Shown here: one piece after another, positions 1-2,319 of the stretch
Layout of the letters: every line of letters begins with the position of its first letter
Position numbering within the stretch: the first letter of the stretch is position 1
NCBI GenBank assembly: GCA_000004985.1
Contig: GG739271.1
Length of the DNA stretch: 2,319 nucleotides
Origin: Naegleria gruberi
Taxonomy: Eukaryota
Direction: 5' to 3' (one strand)
Notes under the pieces: model-generated
The model's database searches: none
The model's input: the letters and a program-made list of their open reading frames with translations, nothing else
Told to the model about the DNA's origin: nothing
Position numbers and translations under genes: made by a program

Positions 1-129
1 ATCATCTTTTAATGATGTTAATTTGATGGTTCATTTCTTGTATTGATAGATATTTAAAGGTCAGGTCAGTACTAACTTTTGAATTATGGACTTTGAGAAG
101 TCAAATGTTTGGGACGTGAATCTACTCAT

Positions 130-290
130 TAGATTGAATAGGTATTGCTAATAAAGGAACATTTCATTGATTTATTGATTATAACGGTCAAATTGAGTTG
201 AATGGAAGTGAATCTAATGTTGATTCATCGTGGATGGGTAGTTTCGCCACGAAGTGGTGCAACTACCAACCTTTGTAGATTGAATCAGGT
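130..290 (+). repeat. Dispersed direct repeat TAGATTGAAT(A/C)AGGT at 130-143 and 276-290; a second direct repeat GTGAATCTA at 116-124 and 208-216
   Basis: Read directly: tagattgaataggt at 130-143 and tagattgaatcaggt at 276-290 match at 14 of 15 positions. gtgaatcta is exact at 116-124 and 208-216. gtgaatcta is the inverse orientation of the tagatt core. The second copy pair brackets the hairpin at 237-267. Confidence 0.6.
237..267 (+). other. GC-rich interrupted stem-loop (potential RNA hairpin)
   Basis: ggtagtt (237-243) pairs with aactacc (261-267), 7 bp perfect. The inner stem cgccac (245-250) pairs with gtggtg (254-259), 5 Watson-Crick pairs plus one G.U pair, around a GAA triloop, with single unpaired nt at 244 and 260. 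It is locally much more GC-rich than its flanks. Confidence 0.5.
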
Positions 291-385
291 TGATTTGCAT
301 GCAATATGAATAAGTAACATTATCAAGAGTGATTATTCACCAATTCAATGATCAATATTCAATAATCGGTTTGATTTCAATCAAT

Positions 386-402
386 AGCTTGATCATCAAG
401 CT
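386..402. repeat. Perfect 17-bp palindrome agcttgat-c-atcaagct
   Basis: The reverse complement of agcttgat (386-393) is atcaagct (395-402), around a central C at 394. It is embedded in a run rich in ttgat/atcaa/tcaat (371-407). Confidence 0.9.
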
Positions 403-726
403 TTGAATTAATATTCCAGTAATTAACGGCAGTCTATTTTTAAATTTAATCAAAGACCATATATAGTAGCTTGACTTTTATGATGTGGAAACTATCTAGA
501 TGTGTTCTATATTGAATAATCTATTTGAAAATGAGATGAATTAACTCTTCTATTGAGTTTTATTGGTATTGGATGGTATTACGGTTATAATAATCTACAC
601 AGAACTCACTCTTGAAATATAAACTGTACTACAATGTATGAGAAACATAATGGTGGTAGAATTATTCAACAACTCGTTGAAATGACTGAGATGGAATGTA
701 AACTATGGTCTATTTGTCATGTAATG

Positions 727-1037
727 GTGACTAGACAGTGTCAATTTCATCAAATTATATCAAACTGATTACATTCAATAATAAACCGTTCTATACATCA
801 TGTGTGTCATACAGAATGAGTTTCAATATTTAATATTGTGAACTGACTCTGTTGGATACCATCTCTATAAATATAACAAGATGAAAAGTGTCAACATTCA
901 ATTACACATATGGAGTGTCACCATTGTATCATCTAGACAGATAGCATTTCAAGTTTTAGTGGAATTGACAGTCTAGATATTGAGATGTGTATTCTAAGGT
1001 TTAAGAAGTGTCACCTTCACTGATTAGTGACATGACT
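727..1037. repeat. Cluster of short degenerate direct and inverted repeats built from the motifs AGTGTCA(A/C)C..TTCA and CTAGACAG
   Basis: agtgtcaatttcat 737-750; gtgtcat 804-810; agtgtcaacattca 887-900; agtgtcaccattgt 914-927; agtgtcaccttcac 1007-1020; a partial inverted copy agtgacatg at 1026-1034. ctagacag occurs at 731-738 and 933-940. A loose inverted copy (ttgacagtctaga, 965-977) has a reverse complement matching ctagacagtgtcaa (731-744) apart from a 2-bp indel. TCTAGA sites at 494-499, 932-937 and 972-977. Confidence 0.55.
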
Positions 1038-1050
1038 ATAACAATTGAAC

Positions 1051-1129
1051 ATATGATTCTTGTATCAATAATTCATTGTTCAATGATTGTGATATGATGG
1101 TAAAATTTAATTTTGGAAATATGATTCTT
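1051..1129 (+). repeat. 11-bp exact direct repeat ATATGATTCTT at 1051-1061 and 1119-1129, spanning the 5' boundary of the LRR open frame
   Basis: Read directly. The second copy overlaps the TGA at 1122-1124 and the first LRR codons at 1125 onward. Confidence 0.6.
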
Positions 1130-1741
1130 CCCTATTGACAACCTTTCACAATTAACACTACTTAAAATAGATTATAATAGAATTAATTTAGAAAGTGCCA
1201 AATATTTAACTCGTTTACAAAAGTTAAAACATATTTCCTTATATGCTAATTTGAAATTTGAAGAGAAAGCATTGGATTATATTAATCAATTGAAAGAATT
1301 GCAATATTTAGGAGTTTACAAAAACAATATTCGTGTTAGTGGTGCTGAAAGTATAAGTAAAATGAAATATTAAATATTTGTGAAAATAACATTGGTAGTG
1401 ATGGAGCTGAACATATTAGTGAATTGAAACAATTAACAAATCTTAATATTGAAAATAATCGAATTAAAGATAACGGTGCTAAATGTATTGGTAAATTGTC
1501 TCAGTTAAAAATTCTTAATATTGCCAAAAATAGAATTACTTTTGGTGCTATGTATCTTTTAGCATTGAAACAGTTAACAAATCTTGATATTAGTAGAAAT
1601 GATTTACAAGCTTTGGGATCCTTTTTCGTTAGTGAAATGAAACAATTAACAAATCTTGATATTAGCTTGAATAATATTGGAACTCAGGGTGCTTTAAATA
1701 TTAATCAAATGAAACTAGTAAATCGTTATCGTTTTGATTGA
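1125..1741 (+). pseudogene. Leucine-rich repeat protein fragment with 24-residue RI-like LRRs; 5'-truncated and carrying a -1 frameshift near 1371
   Basis: Frame 0 is open from 1125, immediately after TGA at 1122-1124, to TAA at 1371-1373. It translates to FFPIDNLSQLTLLKIDYNRINLESAKYLTRLQKLKHISLYANLKFEEKALDYINQLKELQYLGVYKNNIRVSGAESISKMKY*. Frame 2 from about 1374 continues (NEI)LNICENNIGSDGAEHISELKQLTNLNIENNRIKDNGAKCIGKLSQLKILNIAKNRITFGAMYLLALKQLTNLDISRNDLQALGSFFVSEMKQLTNLDISLNNIGTQGALNINQMKLVNRYRFD* and contains supplied ORF 1424-1741. Both parts fit the LxxLxxLxIxxNxIgxxGaxxIsx pattern in 24-aa units. Adding one T to the run at 1369-1371 (tat taa at -> tat tta aat) joins the two frames into a continuous LRR reading ...ISKMKYLNICENNIGSDGAEHISELKQLTNL. 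There is no ATG or alternative start in frame 0 before 1251, and the first residues are already mid-repeat, so the 5' end is missing. Confidence 0.6.
1565..1665 (+). repeat. Intragenic tandem repeat at nucleotide level (72-bp period) within the LRR coding region
   Basis: ttgaaacagttaacaaatcttgatattag (1565-1593) and atgaaacaattaacaaatcttgatattag (1637-1665) match at 27 of 29 positions exactly 72 bp (one 24-aa LRR) apart. A third related copy, ttgaaacaattaacaaatctt, sits at 1424-1444, 141 bp upstream. Confidence 0.8.
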
Positions 1742-1759
1742 TCGGTTAATTTAAACAAT

Positions 1760-1765
1760 AATAAA
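1760..1765 (+). promoter_or_regulatory. Candidate poly(A) signal AATAAA for the LRR transcript
   Basis: aataaa lies 19 nt downstream of the TGA stop at 1739-1741. It sits inside the 131-bp spacer (1742-1872, over 85% AT) between the two convergent genes. Hexamers like this are common by chance in such AT-rich DNA. Confidence 0.25.
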
Positions 1766-1872
1766 TATATTAATAATAATTAAATAATATTTTAATAATC
1801 TTTATCATATAATTGTTAACAGAATTTTACACAAAATCTGTTCCAATTACATGTTATTATCTTTGTAATATT

Positions 1873-2319
1873 TTAACGTAAGTTTTGAATTGAATTGTAA
1901 ACTCGTTTAGTAACACTTGTAAAAGTACCATCATCTATTTTAGAAATTGAAACTCTTTCCATTGACTGAATAGATGCTTTGAATTTTGATTGATAAACTT
2001 GTCCTCTCTTTTCAGTTGCAAGATTAAATGGTTCCATTGGTACATTTCTATGATTATTTGTAGTAGTAATAGCACTCTTGAGTGTTGATGAATTATTAAA
2101 ATCTGGCATTGGTCTTGCCTTGAAAGAGTGTGGTAATTTTGGTCCAATAATTGTTGATGCTACACACGACGATGCTACAGATGCTGAGGAAAGAATTGAA
2201 TCTTTAAATGATGATTTAACTTTTGTAATATTTGGTGAAACTGGTACAGTAACTGGTTTGTGTAAAATCTTTGATGTATCTACATTTGTATAGTGATGAA
2301 ATGGTCTAGCTTTAAATAC
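1873..2319 (-). CDS. C-terminal part of a TPX2-family microtubule-associated protein; partial CDS that continues past the window end at 2319, stop at 1873-1875
   Basis: The minus-strand frame (plus-strand triplets ending at positions that are multiples of 3, e.g. 2107-2109) has no stop from 2319 down to TAA at 1873-1875. It translates to VFKARPFHHYTNVDTSKILHKPVTVPVSPNITKVKSSFKDSILSSASVASSCVASTIIGPKLPHSFKARPMPDFNNSSTLKSAITTTNNHRNVPMEPFNLATEKRGQVYQSKFKASIQSMERVSISKIDDGTFTSVTKRVYNSIQNLR*. The motifs FKARP(x)P(x)F (twice), KFKAS, TVPVSP and PFNLATEKR match what I recall as conserved TPX2/WVD2-family motifs (FKAxPxPxF; vertebrate TPX2 C-terminal PFxLATEKRA and TVPVSPxF). Codon usage is the same AT-biased set as the LRR gene (CCA, ACA/ACT, TCA, AGA, GGT). 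Supplied ORF 1873-2109 is just the portion after the internal Met at 2107-2109. Confidence 0.6.
   Translation of the reverse strand, partial: VFKARPFHHYTNVDTSKILHKPVTVPVSPNITKVKSSFKDSILSSASVASSCVASTIIGPKLPHSFKARPMPDFNNSSTLKSAITTTNNHRNVPMEPFNLATEKRGQVYQSKFKASIQSMERVSISKIDDGTFTSVTKRVYNSIQNLR

Noticed and set aside
59-97. Mini-intron-like string aaag|gtcaggtcagTACTAACttttgaattatggactttgag| with a yeast-type TACTAAC branch point
   Set aside because: No coding exons flank it in any frame. The 5' site GTCAGG/GTCAGT is non-consensus. The TACTAAC heptamer can occur by chance in AT-rich DNA.
230-300. Possible tRNA gene, suggested by the GC-rich hairpin and nearby ggttgatttgcatgc
   Set aside because: No 7-bp acceptor stem pairing with a 3' end. 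No GTTCRANYC T-loop and no D-arm. The structure is a simple extended hairpin, not a cloverleaf.
634-768. Small ORF (44 aa, MYEKHNGGRIIQQLVEMTEMECKLWSICHVMVTRQCQFHQIISN) in the ORF-free region
   Set aside because: It is short, has no recognisable motif, and overlaps the AGTGTCA/CTAGACAG repeat cluster. I cannot distinguish it from chance.
1358-1373. Reading the in-frame TAA codons as Gln (ciliate nuclear code) to avoid calling a frameshift
   Set aside because: Reading through TAA as Q in frame 0 gives non-LRR sequence (QIFVKITLVVMELNILVN) that ends at TGA. Frame 2 upstream of 1358 hits TGA at 1346-1348. Only a 1-bp indel restores a continuous LRR, so the standard code with a frameshift is the better explanation.
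1935-2147. Supplied minus-strand ORF (70 aa, MDQNYHTLSRQ...)
   Set aside because: This is a different frame of the same minus strand as the TPX2-like CDS. The translation is low-complexity (LLLLQIIIE) with no motif, and it overlaps the better-supported frame.
2078-2293. Supplied + strand ORF (71 aa, MSVDELLKSG...)
   Set aside because: It lies entirely antisense to a longer (148 or more codons, open to the window edge) minus-strand frame that carries recognisable TPX2-family motifs. It has no recognisable motif of its own and is most likely a spurious antisense ORF.

Overview
This is an AT-rich (roughly 70-75% AT), eukaryote-like window. Codon usage resembles an amoebozoan or other AT-rich protist: Leu TTA, Gly GGT, Gln CAA, Lys AAA, Asn AAT. 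The organism assignment is inference only.

Three parts.

(1) 1-1124 is a 1.1 kb stretch with no ORF of 70 aa or more on either strand. Its GC (~30%) is nearer to coding than to the extremely AT-rich spacer at 1742-1872. It is packed with short direct and inverted repeats, one perfect 17-bp palindrome and one GC-rich stem-loop.

(2) 1125-1741 (+) encodes tandem 24-residue ribonuclease-inhibitor-like leucine-rich repeats (LRRs). The open frame starts abruptly mid-repeat directly after a TGA, with no start codon. It carries a 1-bp (-1) frameshift at about 1371. After that the frame continues in frame 2 and contains the supplied ORF 1424-1741. This is a 5'-truncated and frameshifted LRR gene, a pseudogene, or a sequencing error.

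(3) 1873-2319 (-) is an open reading frame that runs to the window edge with no stop. The 78-aa ORF in the supplied track is only its 3' part, after the first internal Met. Its translation carries FKARP, TVPVSP and PFNLATEKR motifs that I recognise as hallmarks of the TPX2 (targeting protein for Xklp2) microtubule-associated family. The + strand ORF 2078-2293 is antisense to it and probably spurious.

The two genes converge on a 131-bp, very AT-rich spacer. No RNA genes, CRISPR arrays or intact mobile elements can be supported. The most unusual content is the repeat-dense ORF-free region and the disrupted LRR copy.
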